A program made the position numbers and the translations under genes. The notes under the pieces were generated by a model. The model ran no database searches and had not been told where the DNA came from. It saw only the letters and a list, made by a program, of their open reading frames with translations. DNA of 64,000 bases. It comes from Alphaproteobacteria bacterium. Its GTDB lineage: Bacteria > Pseudomonadota > Alphaproteobacteria > SP197. Location: contig OZ219747.1 in NCBI GenBank assembly GCA_964291265.2, forward strand, positions 2,112,001-2,176,000. Direction: 5' to 3'. Shown in pieces: positions 29,383 through 38,496 of the stretch; position 1 is the first letter of the stretch; each line of letters starts with the position of its first letter.

Positions 29383-30506
29383 GCGTCAGTCCTTCCGAGA
29401 ACGGAGCCCACGGCCTCTGCCGCTTCAGCCATCATGCCGTCGGCGAGATGCGTGTACTTGAGAGTGGTCGCGGGATCGTTGTGACCGAGCAGTCGACCGA
29501 CGGTGAGAATGTTCTCTCCGTGCATGACGGCAAGGGAGGCGTAGGTGTGACGCAGGTCGTGAAGGCGCACATCCTCCAGGCGCGCTTCGGAGCGCACACG
29601 CATCCAGAAGTATCCGATGGCGCCTTGCGAGATGGACCTGGCGGTGGTCCTTGGCGATGGAAACATCCAAGGCGAACGACGAGGCAACGTCTTCAGGACC
29701 TTACGGGCGGGAGCCGACAGCCAGACCATGCGTGGCCCCGTCTTGGAATCTGCGAGATGGAGATGACCCTCGCGGTAATCCGCCCAGCGCAGCGACAGGA
29801 TCTCCTGGCTTCGGCACCCGGTGAGGAGCAGGAGGCGGATGATCGCCACCTGTGCCGGGAAGTGCGCTTCATGGTCCTGCAGCACGCGCCCGAGCCGGCG
29901 GACCTCCTCCACGCAGCAGAAGCGCTCCCGTCCCTGCCGTCGATAGCGCCTGATGCCCCGGCACGGATTGCTGCCTTCAGGCCGGTATCCGTAGTCCTCG
30001 GCACGGGCCATGATGACCGAGAGAACCGGAGCCGACCGGTCGGCTGCGACCGGCGTCGCGTGCAGGGAGGCGAACCACTCCTGAACATCGCCGCGCACGA
30101 TCTCCGCGATCTGGCGTCCACGGAACCACGGCAGGATATGGTTGCGGTAGTAGCCCCGGTTGACCGTGAGCGTACTGGGCTTCCATGTGCGCCCGTACCG
30201 GCGAAAGACCTCCTCGGCAACCGTCTCGAACAGGGTCTCGTGCGATGAAGCGGGAGCGCCGCTTCTGATGGCGGCGAGCATGGCCTGTGCGCGTTGTCTG
30301 GCCTCGGCGAGACCGATCCCGGCAGCGTCACCGACGATCTTCCAGATCCTCTGCCCATCATGCTGGGTATGGATGAAGTAGCGCTTGCGCCCCGATGGGT
30401 AGACACGGATGCCGAATCCCCTGAGATGGGCGTCACGGATGTCCCGGGCAGTTCTGCGAGGACGCAGGGCCTTGATGCGGCTCTCGGTGAGATGTGTTGC
30501 GGCCAT
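29379..30506 (-). CDS. Tyrosine recombinase/integrase 1
   Basis: Arm-binding-like N-term; TGCRSQE, RLHDLRHTYAS, LLGH, TLKY; stop overlaps the start of integrase 2. Confidence 0.9.
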   Translation of the reverse strand: MAATHLTESRIKALRPRRTARDIRDAHLRGFGIRVYPSGRKRYFIHTQHDGQRIWKIVGDAAGIGLAEARQRAQAMLAAIRSGAPASSHETLFETVAEEVFRRYGRTWKPSTLTVNRGYYRNHILPWFRGRQIAEIVRGDVQEWFASLHATPVAADRSAPVLSVIMARAEDYGYRPEGSNPCRGIRRYRRQGRERFCCVEEVRRLGRVLQDHEAHFPAQVAIIRLLLLTGCRSQEILSLRWADYREGHLHLADSKTGPRMVWLSAPARKVLKTLPRRSPWMFPSPRTTARSISQGAIGYFWMRVRSEARLEDVRLHDLRHTYASLAVMHGENILTVGRLLGHNDPATTLKYTHLADGMMAEAAEAVGSVLGRTDA

Positions 30507-30611
30507 GGAGTCTCCCTCGAATGCGAGTTGCAGGAGCGGGAGATTCCGCTCGCGAAATCGCCTGCAGTTGCAGAAACGAGAGAGAAAATACGGCGTTAGT
30601 TCAGTTGTTTA

Positions 30612-30636
30612 GCACCACAGGTGCGTCCCGCGGTGT
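30612..30636 (+). other. Right junction: oriT-like hairpin plus direct repeat CCCGCGGTGT (30627-30636)
   Basis: GCACC-ACA-GGTGC-GT-CCCGCGGTGT; hairpin arms match the R388 oriT hairpin as recalled. Confidence 0.5.
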
Positions 30637-32305
30637 CGGAGAACCCATGCACGTCCGCACGCCTTCTGTTGGGACCCTGGGAGGTCTTCGAACTATCCCG
30701 CCTGTCGTGGCGGGACCGTGTAGGGAAAGGAGAAAGCCGAAGCCTATGAGGAACGGTTTGAAGAAGTCGGATGGGGCCGTAAGACCGGTGAAGGCGGCGA
30801 ACAAGGGAGCGTCAGCTTCTGCGGAGTCGCTGGAGGAAAGGGCCTCAACCAAGGGGAATCCGGGACGCCAAAGCACGCACCGAACGCAGTGTCGGGCAAG
30901 TGTGCCACAGGCGGCGGACCGGATACGGGAAGCTGCAGAGAGGAACCCGAAGGAGCGTCTCACTGCACTCTTCCATCACATTACGCCGGACGCGCTCCGG
31001 GCGGCCTACTTCGGTTTGAAGAAGGAAGCCTCGGCAGGTGTCGACGGCGTGACGTGGGCGGCGTATGGCGAGGGTCTGGACGAGCGCTTGCTTGATCTGC
31101 ACTCGCGCCTGCATCGTGGGGGAGCGTACCGGGCGCCGCCGGTTCGGCGGGTTGAGATACCCAAGCCGGACGGCGGGACACGACCGCTCGGGATTGCCGC
31201 ACTGGAGGACAAGATCGTCCAGAAGGCGGTTGTGGATGTGATCCTGACACCGATTTATGAGGTGGAGTTCCTTGGCTTCAGCTACGGGTTCCGACCGGGC
31301 CGAGGGGCGCATGACGCTCTCGACGCCCTGGCGTTCGGGATCGAGCGGCGCAAGGTCAACTGGATAGTCGACGCGGACATTCAGGGGTACTTCGACACAA
31401 TCCCGAGGGATTGGTTGATCAAGTTCCTGGAGCATCGCATTGGCGACAGGCGGGTGATCCGTCTGATCCGCAAGTGGCTGAACGCTGGCGTCATGACCGA
31501 CGGATCATGGAGCGACACCGGTGCGGGCACGCCTCAGGGCGCCATTGTCAGCCCCTGCCTGGCGAACGTGTTTCTGCACTACGTGCTCGATCTGTGGTTT
31601 CACAAGGCATGGCGTCCGAAGGTTCCGAACGGTAAAGCGATCATTGTCCGCTACGCGGACGATATTGTGGTCGGGTTCCAGCATAAGCGGGATGCGGAGA
31701 CATACCTTCGCGACGTTCGGGAGAGGCTGGACCGCTTTGGTCTCACCCTTCACCCGGACAAGACCCGTCTCGTTGAGTTTGGACGGTTTGCCAAGGCGAA
31801 CCGGCGATCTCGCGGGGCGGGCAGGCCGGAGACGTTCGACTTCCTGGGCTTCACGCACTTCTGCACGGAGACCCGGAGAGGACGCTTCAGGCTTGGTCGC
31901 AAGCCGGTCGCAAAACGGGTCGCAAGGACCCTGGCGCGCATCGAGGAGGTGCTTCGCAATCGACGGCATCACGACATATGGGAGGTCGGCATGTGGCTTG
32001 GGCGAGTTGTCAATGGCTGGTCCAACTACTTCGCCGTTCCGGGGTCGACCCGATGGCTGCGCACGTTCCGCCAAAGGCTGCAACGCCTATGGCTGCGAGC
32101 GATCCGCCGCCGCTCCCAGCGCCACTGCTTTGACTGGAAGCGATTGGAGCGCATGACCGAGCTTCTTTGGCCGCGCGTCTCCATCCGCCACCCATGGCCG
32201 GACCAGCGGTTTACCGTCAAGCACCCGAGGTAGGAGCCGGATGGATTAACGTCCATGTCCGGATCTGTGCGGGGGGTGCGCAGCAATGCGCATCCCTACC
32301 GCGAC
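30637..32305 (+). ncRNA. Group II intron, 3' part (rest of DI to DVI; class E-like)
   Basis: DV GAGCCGGATG...TCCGGATCTGTGCGGGGGG; DVI ends CCCTACCGCGAC at 32305; flanking exons rejoin in frame. Confidence 0.9.
30746..32233 (+). CDS. ltrA: Group II intron reverse transcriptase/maturase, no endonuclease domain
   Basis: IPKPDGGTRPLGI, SYGFRPGRGAHDAL, GTPQG, RYADD, FDFLGF; ends HPWP..RF. Start uncertain (alternative GTG 30902). Confidence 0.92.
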   Translation: MRNGLKKSDGAVRPVKAANKGASASAESLEERASTKGNPGRQSTHRTQCRASVPQAADRIREAAERNPKERLTALFHHITPDALRAAYFGLKKEASAGVDGVTWAAYGEGLDERLLDLHSRLHRGGAYRAPPVRRVEIPKPDGGTRPLGIAALEDKIVQKAVVDVILTPIYEVEFLGFSYGFRPGRGAHDALDALAFGIERRKVNWIVDADIQGYFDTIPRDWLIKFLEHRIGDRRVIRLIRKWLNAGVMTDGSWSDTGAGTPQGAIVSPCLANVFLHYVLDLWFHKAWRPKVPNGKAIIVRYADDIVVGFQHKRDAETYLRDVRERLDRFGLTLHPDKTRLVEFGRFAKANRRSRGAGRPETFDFLGFTHFCTETRRGRFRLGRKPVAKRVARTLARIEEVLRNRRHHDIWEVGMWLGRVVNGWSNYFAVPGSTRWLRTFRQRLQRLWLRAIRRRSQRHCFDWKRLERMTELLWPRVSIRHPWPDQRFTVKHPR

Positions 32306-32390
32306 CCAGCTGGTCTCGTCGCCGTGGCGCACCGTCATCTGGTTCTGATGATCGAGGATGGCCTGAGCGAGAAGCGCGAACATCGGTTTC
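32306..32390 (-). pseudogene. tnpC: IS66 TnpC, upstream piece
   Basis: Reads LKPMFALLAQAILDHQNQMTVRHGDETSW and continues in frame at 17099 as RIQSLKASGRSQKAWLW. Confidence 0.85.
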
Positions 32391-32707
32391 AGGAGATCGT
32401 TCGGCTTCGAAGAGTGAACGTCTGCCGGACGGGCCGTCGGTCTGTGCAGCTTCCCGGGGAGTATCCCGGTGTTTCTCCCCTGGCACGGCCTTCATCGTGT
32501 CAGCGGGCAAATCCGCGTCCGGCGATCATCGGATGGGTGGGCAGACAACACGCTGACTGCCGAGTGTGCCGCCACGGCATGTCATCGCCGGTTTCGACTA
32601 CTACCCGCTCTTCCCGTCGATTCAGCGGTTGCATTCCGCCTTTTCCTGTGTGCATCCCTGTCTTGGCTTGGGGAGGCGACTGAAGTCACGACAGGGGGAG
32701 ATGCGCC

Positions 32708-33505
32708 ATGACACGAGGAAAGACCCTTCTTCGCCCGCTTGAACCGGCACAGCGCCTGGCGTCGGCGGACCGTGAGACGCTGGAGACAATCCAGGCCGCC
32801 GTGGACGCGTGCCAGTCCCTCGTCAGCGAGCAGGGTGCGGCGTTGCAGAAGTCGATGGAGCAGCAACTCAAAGTCCTGAAGGCCCTGGTAGATGCTGTCA
32901 GTTCCCTTGCGGAGCGGCTCAAGGAGCAAGACAGCAACGGTGCGGAGGGACACGCGGAGCTGATGAAGGCGGTGCGAAGCGTCCTTGCCGCCGTCGCCGG
33001 TCTTGCGGTGAGGCTCGACGAGGCCAACGTGAAGTCGGCAGCCGCCGTTCACGCCGACCTTGCCGCCCTGAACGACACGCTGAACAGGATCGCCGACACG
33101 CTCGCGGACCATGACCGTCGGCTCGCCGCTGCCGCGGATGCCGTCCCGGCGCTGTCGACTGCCGTCGAGACGTTGCGCGAGGAGACGAACGACGCCATGG
33201 CGGAGAGGAAGCAGGCGCAGGCCGGCGAGGCGCGGACGCTGGGCGACATTGCCAGTGGGACGGCCTCGCTCGGCCTTCGGTTCGGGCATATCGAGCAGGC
33301 GCTCAAGCGCTCCCGGCGCGATTTCTGGCTTACCGGCGTGGCTCTTCCCCTTCTCGTCGGCTGCGCGTTCTTCTTCGGCCTCATGACCGACTTCGTGGTG
33401 CGGTATCTCGAGGCTCCTCCTGCGGTCACGGCCATGCTGCCGGCGGCGGAGTTGCCGCCCTGGCCGCCGCCGGACCTGTCGCTGGAGATCGTGACGCCGG
33501 AGTGA
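32708..33505 (+). CDS. Coiled-coil protein with C-terminal TM helix, upstream of relaxase 2
   Basis: GGGGGAG RBS; Ala/Leu heptads; FWLTGVALPLLVGCAFFFGLM; 6 bp from the relaxase ATG. Confidence 0.7.
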   Translation: MTRGKTLLRPLEPAQRLASADRETLETIQAAVDACQSLVSEQGAALQKSMEQQLKVLKALVDAVSSLAERLKEQDSNGAEGHAELMKAVRSVLAAVAGLAVRLDEANVKSAAAVHADLAALNDTLNRIADTLADHDRRLAAAADAVPALSTAVETLREETNDAMAERKQAQAGEARTLGDIASGTASLGLRFGHIEQALKRSRRDFWLTGVALPLLVGCAFFFGLMTDFVVRYLEAPPAVTAMLPAAELPPWPPPDLSLEIVTPE

Positions 33506-33511
33506 CGCTCC

Positions 33512-34120
33512 ATGGTGGCGACGGTTCACGAGCTTGCGTCCTCGGCGACCGCGGTTTCGTACTACGAGCAGGACGGGTACTACGCCCGCAACGATCCCGA
33601 GCACCGCAAGGCGAGCTTCTGGCATGGCCGTGCGGCGGGCGACCTTGGGTTGAGGGGCCACGTTGTGCCGTCGCGCTTCGAGTCGGTGCTGCAGGGCAAG
33701 GTGCCGAAGACGGACATCCGTCTGGGGAGGATCGTCGAGGGAGAGCGCCAGCACCGTCCGGGCTGGGACATCACGTTCTCGGCGCCGAAGTCGGTGTCTC
33801 TGGAAGCGCTGGTGATGGGGGACGTGCGTGTCATCCGGGCGCACGACGAGGCGGTTCGGGCGACCCTGGACTGGATCGAGCGGGACCTCTTGCAGACCCG
33901 GGGCTGGGATCCGGCGACGAAGCGCCGGCCGCGGGTGAAGGCGGACGGCATGGTGGTGGCGGGCTTTCGCCATCTCACAAGCCGTGATCTCGATCCCCAG
34001 CTTCACACGCACTGCGTTCTGGCGAACATGACGCGCTCGTCCGACGGCGCCTGGAAGAGCATCGAGCCGACATCCTTGCGGCGCAGCGAGAAGCTGATCG
34101 GAGCGCACTACCGCAACGAA
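33512..34120 (+). pseudogene. MOBF relaxase 2, N-terminal 203 codons (interrupted by IS21)
   Basis: YYEQDGYY, DITFSAPKSVS, DPQLHTH; HYRNE continues as LASRL at 39447. Confidence 0.9.
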
Positions 34121-34598
34121 TGTTGATGGCTGCATAGAACGGCGGGATTTCGGCGATTTGCCGCGCTTTGTCAGGGTCGTGTTTCTTCCCTGTTGTTAGG
34201 TCCTATTGTCACGTCCTGTTGTCGTGGTTTGAGTGTTCGGCTGGTTGTCTCCCCGAGCGCCGCCGTCTTTTCCTATTGTCGTTTTGGTCCGGTTCGGGTT
34301 CCGTCGACCTCTGCTTCGGTCTTGGTGACGGTTGCCGGGAGGGTTCCGGTTCCGAGGCACTCGCGGGATCGTCTGTCTTCCCTGTGGGCGGGTCGCGTTG
34401 TCCGGTCCCGGGGCGGCGTTTTTGCCGCCGCCCCGGGTGGATGCTAGATCGGCATCAAGAGAAAGAGCGATGCGATGCCGGGCGGAGTTGTGACGCCCCC
34501 CGGCGCAGCACCCGGACGAGCCGGTCACGGGGGACCGAACTCCCGTGTATTGTCGAGCCATTTTGCGTCCGGGTCCACCCCCGCTCTCGAGACGGACG

Positions 34599-35075
34599 GT
34601 GTGCACGACAGGACGACTGTTCAACTGCAGGCGGTGTCAGCGGCAGGTTGTTCTCTGCCGGTCGTGTGACCGGGGGCATGTGTATTGCTCCAAGGAGTGC
34701 AGGGAGCGGTCCCGGATCGAGCGGCGCCGCGCGTCGCGTCGTCGCTACCAGAGCACGCTGAAGGGCCGTGAGACGGGCCGTCACCGCCAGCGGCGTTACC
34801 GGCTCCGCAAGGCGGAGGAGGCGCGTGCGTTGAAGGCCAGGGCGGCGATGGTTGCCGAGATCATGGACACGCAGACGTCTGCTGTGGTGCTGCTTGGCGA
34901 CGTTCCGGCGGTGTCTGGAGACGCCGGTTCTGAAGAAATCGTTACGGACCACCCTTCCCGACTGCTGCCGACCTCCCTACCTGCGGTTGTGAAGGCGCAA
35001 GAGCGACGCGAATCGCCGCTTCGGTGCGCCCGGTGCGGACGGGTCGTGACGCATGTGGTGCTGAGGGACCTGTGA
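34599..35075 (+). CDS. Cys-rich, basic putative zinc-binding passenger protein
   Basis: FNCRRC..VLCRSCDRGHVYCSKEC, Arg-rich helix, C-term CARCG. Confidence 0.6.
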   Translation: MCTTGRLFNCRRCQRQVVLCRSCDRGHVYCSKECRERSRIERRRASRRRYQSTLKGRETGRHRQRRYRLRKAEEARALKARAAMVAEIMDTQTSAVVLLGDVPAVSGDAGSEEIVTDHPSRLLPTSLPAVVKAQERRESPLRCARCGRVVTHVVLRDL

Positions 35076-35107
35076 TGCGGCGTTGAGGAACCAAAGGGAG
35101 GGAGTTC

Positions 35108-36601
35108 ATGGCGATCGACGAGGACACGCGGGCGACGATCGTGCGGCTGTCGCGGGCCGAGGGCTGGGCTGTGGGGACGATTGCCCGGCATCTCGGCGTG
35201 CACCACGGCACGGTGACGCGGGCGCTCAAGGCGTCGGGGCAGGAGCGGCGGCCGCGGGCCAAGCTCATCGACCCCTTCGTTGCCTTCCTCGGGGAGCGTC
35301 TTGAGGCGTCGCCGGACCTTCCGGCCAGCACGCTCTGGCGACAGGTCGTGGCCCTGGGCTACCGCGGCGGCGAGGATCACTTCCGTCACGACCTGCGCCG
35401 CCTCGGGCTGAGGCCGGTGAAGAGGCCCGAGCCGTCACTGCGGCTGAGCTTCCTTCCGGGCGAGCAGGCGCAGGTTGACTGGGCCGAGTTCGGGAAGGTC
35501 CGCATCGGCCGGGCGGAGCGCAGGCTCATGGGGCTTCTCGTCACCCTCAGCTACTCGCGCCAGACTGTCCTGAGCCTGTTCCACGACGCGCGGATGGCCA
35601 GCTTCCTGCAAGGCCATGTCGAGGCTTTCGCGGCATTCGGGGGTGTGCCGCGGAGGCTTCTGTACGACAACCTGAAGAGTGCCGTGGTGACGCGCCGCGG
35701 CAAGGCGGTCACCTATCATCCGATGCTGCTCGGCCTCGCGGCCCACTATGCCTTCGAACCGAGCGCCGCCTGGCCCAGGAGCCCGCAGGAGAAGGGCCGC
35801 GTGGAACGCCGTGTGCGCTTCGCGCGCACCGGGTTCTTCGCCGGGCGCGACATCACGGTCCCGCTCGGCGAGCTCAACGCCGCAGTTCGGGAGTGGTGCT
35901 TCGGCGCCGCCGCGGAGCGGCCCTGGCCGGACGACGACAGTCTCCTGGTGCGGGACGCCTTCGCCCGGGAGAGGGAGCACCTGATCGTCCTTCCCGCCGA
36001 TCCCTTCCCGCATCACGAGGTCCGCCCGGTGCGCATCGACAAGACCTGCCACGCCCGCTTCGACACCAACGACTACAGCGTTCCGGGTAGCTTCTCCAAG
36101 GCCCTGCTGACGCTGGTCGCCGACCGCGACGAGGTTCGCATCCTCGACGGCGCCGACGAGGTCGCGCGCCACCGACGCTCCTACGACAGGAAGCAGGCCG
36201 TCACCGATCCGGAGCATGCCAGGGCGATCGCCGCGGGCAAGCGGCGGGCCCGCTCCATGAGCGTCCGCGACCGGGTCCTGCGCACCGTGCCGCGGGCCGA
36301 GGAGATGCTGGCGCGCGCCGGGACCAACGGGCGCAACGTGGCCTCCTGCGCCCGGATGCTGGAGACGCTTCTCAACGCGCACGGCGCCGACGCTCTCGAC
36401 CGGGCTGTCGCCACGGCGCTGGAGCGCGGCTCGTGCCACCCCGAAACCGTGCGCGTCATCATCGAGGAGCGCCGCCGGGAGCAGGGCCTGCCGCCCCTCA
36501 GCATCGCCGACGACGGCCGCGGCGGCCGTGGCACGACGCCGCGGGGGACCGCTCTCGACGCCTACGACAGGCCCGAAGCCAGCGCCAGGAACAAGACATG
36601 A
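35108..36601 (+). CDS. istA: IS21 transposase IstA
   Basis: PGEQAQVDW, LSYSR, FGGVPRRLLYDNLKS, PQEKGRVE, DTNDYSVP. Confidence 0.92.
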   Translation: MAIDEDTRATIVRLSRAEGWAVGTIARHLGVHHGTVTRALKASGQERRPRAKLIDPFVAFLGERLEASPDLPASTLWRQVVALGYRGGEDHFRHDLRRLGLRPVKRPEPSLRLSFLPGEQAQVDWAEFGKVRIGRAERRLMGLLVTLSYSRQTVLSLFHDARMASFLQGHVEAFAAFGGVPRRLLYDNLKSAVVTRRGKAVTYHPMLLGLAAHYAFEPSAAWPRSPQEKGRVERRVRFARTGFFAGRDITVPLGELNAAVREWCFGAAAERPWPDDDSLLVRDAFAREREHLIVLPADPFPHHEVRPVRIDKTCHARFDTNDYSVPGSFSKALLTLVADRDEVRILDGADEVARHRRSYDRKQAVTDPEHARAIAAGKRRARSMSVRDRVLRTVPRAEEMLARAGTNGRNVASCARMLETLLNAHGADALDRAVATALERGSCHPETVRVIIEERRREQGLPPLSIADDGRGGRGTTPRGTALDAYDRPEASARNKT

Positions 36602-37299
36602 GCGAGCTCAGGGAGCGTGCCCGGGCGCTCGGCCTCCACGGGCTCGTCGAACGCTGGGACGAGGTCGCCGGGACCGCATGGATCGAGGAGGTGGTCAGCG
36701 GCGAGGAACAGGCCCGCAGGGCCCGCAGCCACGAGCGCCGCCGCGCCGCGGCGCGGCTGCCCGCCTTCAAGCCCCTGGCGGACTTCGACTGGACATGGCC
36801 GCGCGACATCAGCCGGGCCCATGTCGAAGCGCTCCTCGGCCTCGGCTTCGTCGACCGTGCGGACAACGCCGTGCTCGTCGGCGGGCAGGGCACCGGAAAG
36901 ACCATGATCGCTGCCAACGTGGCTCACCAGGCCCTGCTGCACGGCCACACCGTCCGCTTCGAGAAGGCGCCGGAACTGCTCGAGGCACTCGCCGAGACCG
37001 TCTCGCGCAGCGAGCTGCGCCGCCGCCTCGCGATCCTCGCCAGGCCCCGCCTGCTCGTCCTCGACGAAATCGGCTACGTGACCCTCGAAAGCCACCATGC
37101 CGACATCCTCTACGCCATCGTCTCGCGGCGCTATCAGCGCCGCTCGACCATGGTCACGACAAGCCTCGCCTTCGCCCAGTGGGACCGCGTCTTCCCCAGC
37201 GCCTCCGGCATCGCCGGCACCGTCGACCGGCTCATGCACGACGCAACCCTCATCTCCATCGACAGCGACTCCTGGCGGCTCAGGCGTGAAACCCGATAA
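36598..37299 (+). CDS. istB: IS21 AAA+ helper IstB
   Basis: GGQGTGKT, LLVLDEIGY, VDRLMH, SWR; ATGA overlap with istA. Confidence 0.92.
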   Translation: MSELRERARALGLHGLVERWDEVAGTAWIEEVVSGEEQARRARSHERRRAAARLPAFKPLADFDWTWPRDISRAHVEALLGLGFVDRADNAVLVGGQGTGKTMIAANVAHQALLHGHTVRFEKAPELLEALAETVSRSELRRRLAILARPRLLVLDEIGYVTLESHHADILYAIVSRRYQRRSTMVTTSLAFAQWDRVFPSASGIAGTVDRLMHDATLISIDSDSWRLRRETR

Positions 37300-38179
37300 A
37301 CCCCGCCGCGTCGACTTCGACGCCGTCAAGCGCATGCCGTTCGAACGCATCGCCGCCGACTGGGGATACGTCCGCGACGAACAGGCCTCGACACGCGCCA
37401 ACCCCGTCCTGTGCGCACCCGGCCTGCCGAAGCTCGTCACGAAGTGCCTCAACAACGGACACTGGGTCTACTTCAACACCCAGAACGATGAAGACAACGG
37501 AACCGTCATCGACTTCATGCTCAACCGCGGACTGGCCTTCGCCGACATCTGCACCCGCTTCACAGCACCCGACGCCGCGCCACGCGACTTCCGCAGCCTC
37601 TGGGCCGCGGCAACGCCCGATGCGGCCCCGGACTGGCTCACCGGGCGCGGCATCCTCCCGGAGACCCTCGACACCTGCCGCCCCCTGGTCCGCCGCGACC
37701 ACAACGGACGCGTCCTCTTCGCCCATCGCAACAGGAAGCGAAAGCTCACCGGCTTCGAGATCGGTCCCCCCGACGGACCGAAACGCTTCGCCACCGGTGG
37801 AACCCGAAGCCTGTTCGCCGTCCGCGCCGGAACCGCCGCGGACCTCGAGGCCCTCGTCATCACCGAAAGCGCCGTCGACGCCCTCAGCCTGGCCCAGATC
37901 GACCAATGTCCCCCCAGCCACGCCTTCCTCTCCACCGCCGGGGCACCCTCGCGAAGACAGCACGAACAGATCAGCCTCGCCGCAAGCAGCCTGCCCAACG
38001 TCAGGACCATCGTCCTCGCCCAGGACCACGACGAGGCCGGAGAGCGACAGGCCGAAACCCTGCGCAAAAAGATGAAGCTCCCCTCCCACGTCTCGTTCCA
38101 CAGACGCAGACCGCCGGAAAACGCCGACTGGAACGACGTCGTCAACGCCAGGACCAAAGAACCACAAGCGAGATCATGA
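37286..38179 (+). CDS. Toprim-domain (DUF3991/primase-like) passenger protein
   Basis: DNGTVIDFM, WLTGRGI, TGFE, VITESAVDALS, STAG, LAQDHDEAGE, DWND. Confidence 0.75.
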   Translation: MKPDKPRRVDFDAVKRMPFERIAADWGYVRDEQASTRANPVLCAPGLPKLVTKCLNNGHWVYFNTQNDEDNGTVIDFMLNRGLAFADICTRFTAPDAAPRDFRSLWAAATPDAAPDWLTGRGILPETLDTCRPLVRRDHNGRVLFAHRNRKRKLTGFEIGPPDGPKRFATGGTRSLFAVRAGTAADLEALVITESAVDALSLAQIDQCPPSHAFLSTAGAPSRRQHEQISLAASSLPNVRTIVLAQDHDEAGERQAETLRKKMKLPSHVSFHRRRPPENADWNDVVNARTKEPQARS

Positions 38180-38496
38180 CCACGTCCGTCACAAGGAGAC
38201 CACTCATGCCCCTCACGCCCGCCGAAAAGCAGCGGCGATACCGGGAACGGCGCAAGGCCGGCATCCCTCCCGTCCACACCCCAAAGCACCGTGACCGGCG
38301 CTCGCGACCGCAACGCTGGAACGACGCCGTGGCCGAACTGCGCGCCCTGCAGGACGAATGGCGTGACCACCTCGACAGCATCCCCGAAAGCCTCCGTGAC
38401 ACGCCTTACGGAGAACGCCTGCAGATCGTCGCCGATGCCGACATCGAGGCCCTCGAGGACATCGAACCGCCACGCGGCTACGGAAGGGATACGTGA
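38176..38496 (+). CDS. Small hypothetical passenger protein (106 aa)
   Basis: ATGA overlap; LTPAEKQRRYRER..RSRPQRWNDAV..PPRGYGRD. Confidence 0.6.
   Translation: MTTSVTRRPLMPLTPAEKQRRYRERRKAGIPPVHTPKHRDRRSRPQRWNDAVAELRALQDEWRDHLDSIPESLRDTPYGERLQIVADADIEALEDIEPPRGYGRDT

Larger units (their letters stand above)
17350..30636. mobile_element. 13,287-bp integrative mobilizable element (RHH trio, MOBF relaxase, R-M, two integrases)
   Basis: Bounded by a 10-bp direct repeat; integrases next to the right junction; no coupling protein or T4SS genes. Confidence 0.82.
15369..32390 (-). mobile_element. IS66-family element, 5'-truncated, interrupted by group II intron 17100-32305
   Basis: Terminal GTAAGCGTTCGG at 15369. 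tnpC pieces at 16268-17099 and 32306-~32390. Confidence 0.8.

Noticed and set aside
30621-30625. GTGCG as the 5' end of the group II intron
   Set aside because: It would leave most of domain I and EBS1 missing. The start at 17100 gives EBS1-IBS1 pairing and in-frame exon rejoining, and this GTGCG lies inside the inserted element.
30746-32233. Retron or defence-associated RT
   Set aside because: It is embedded in clear DV/DVI intron RNA and has a maturase-type C-terminus.
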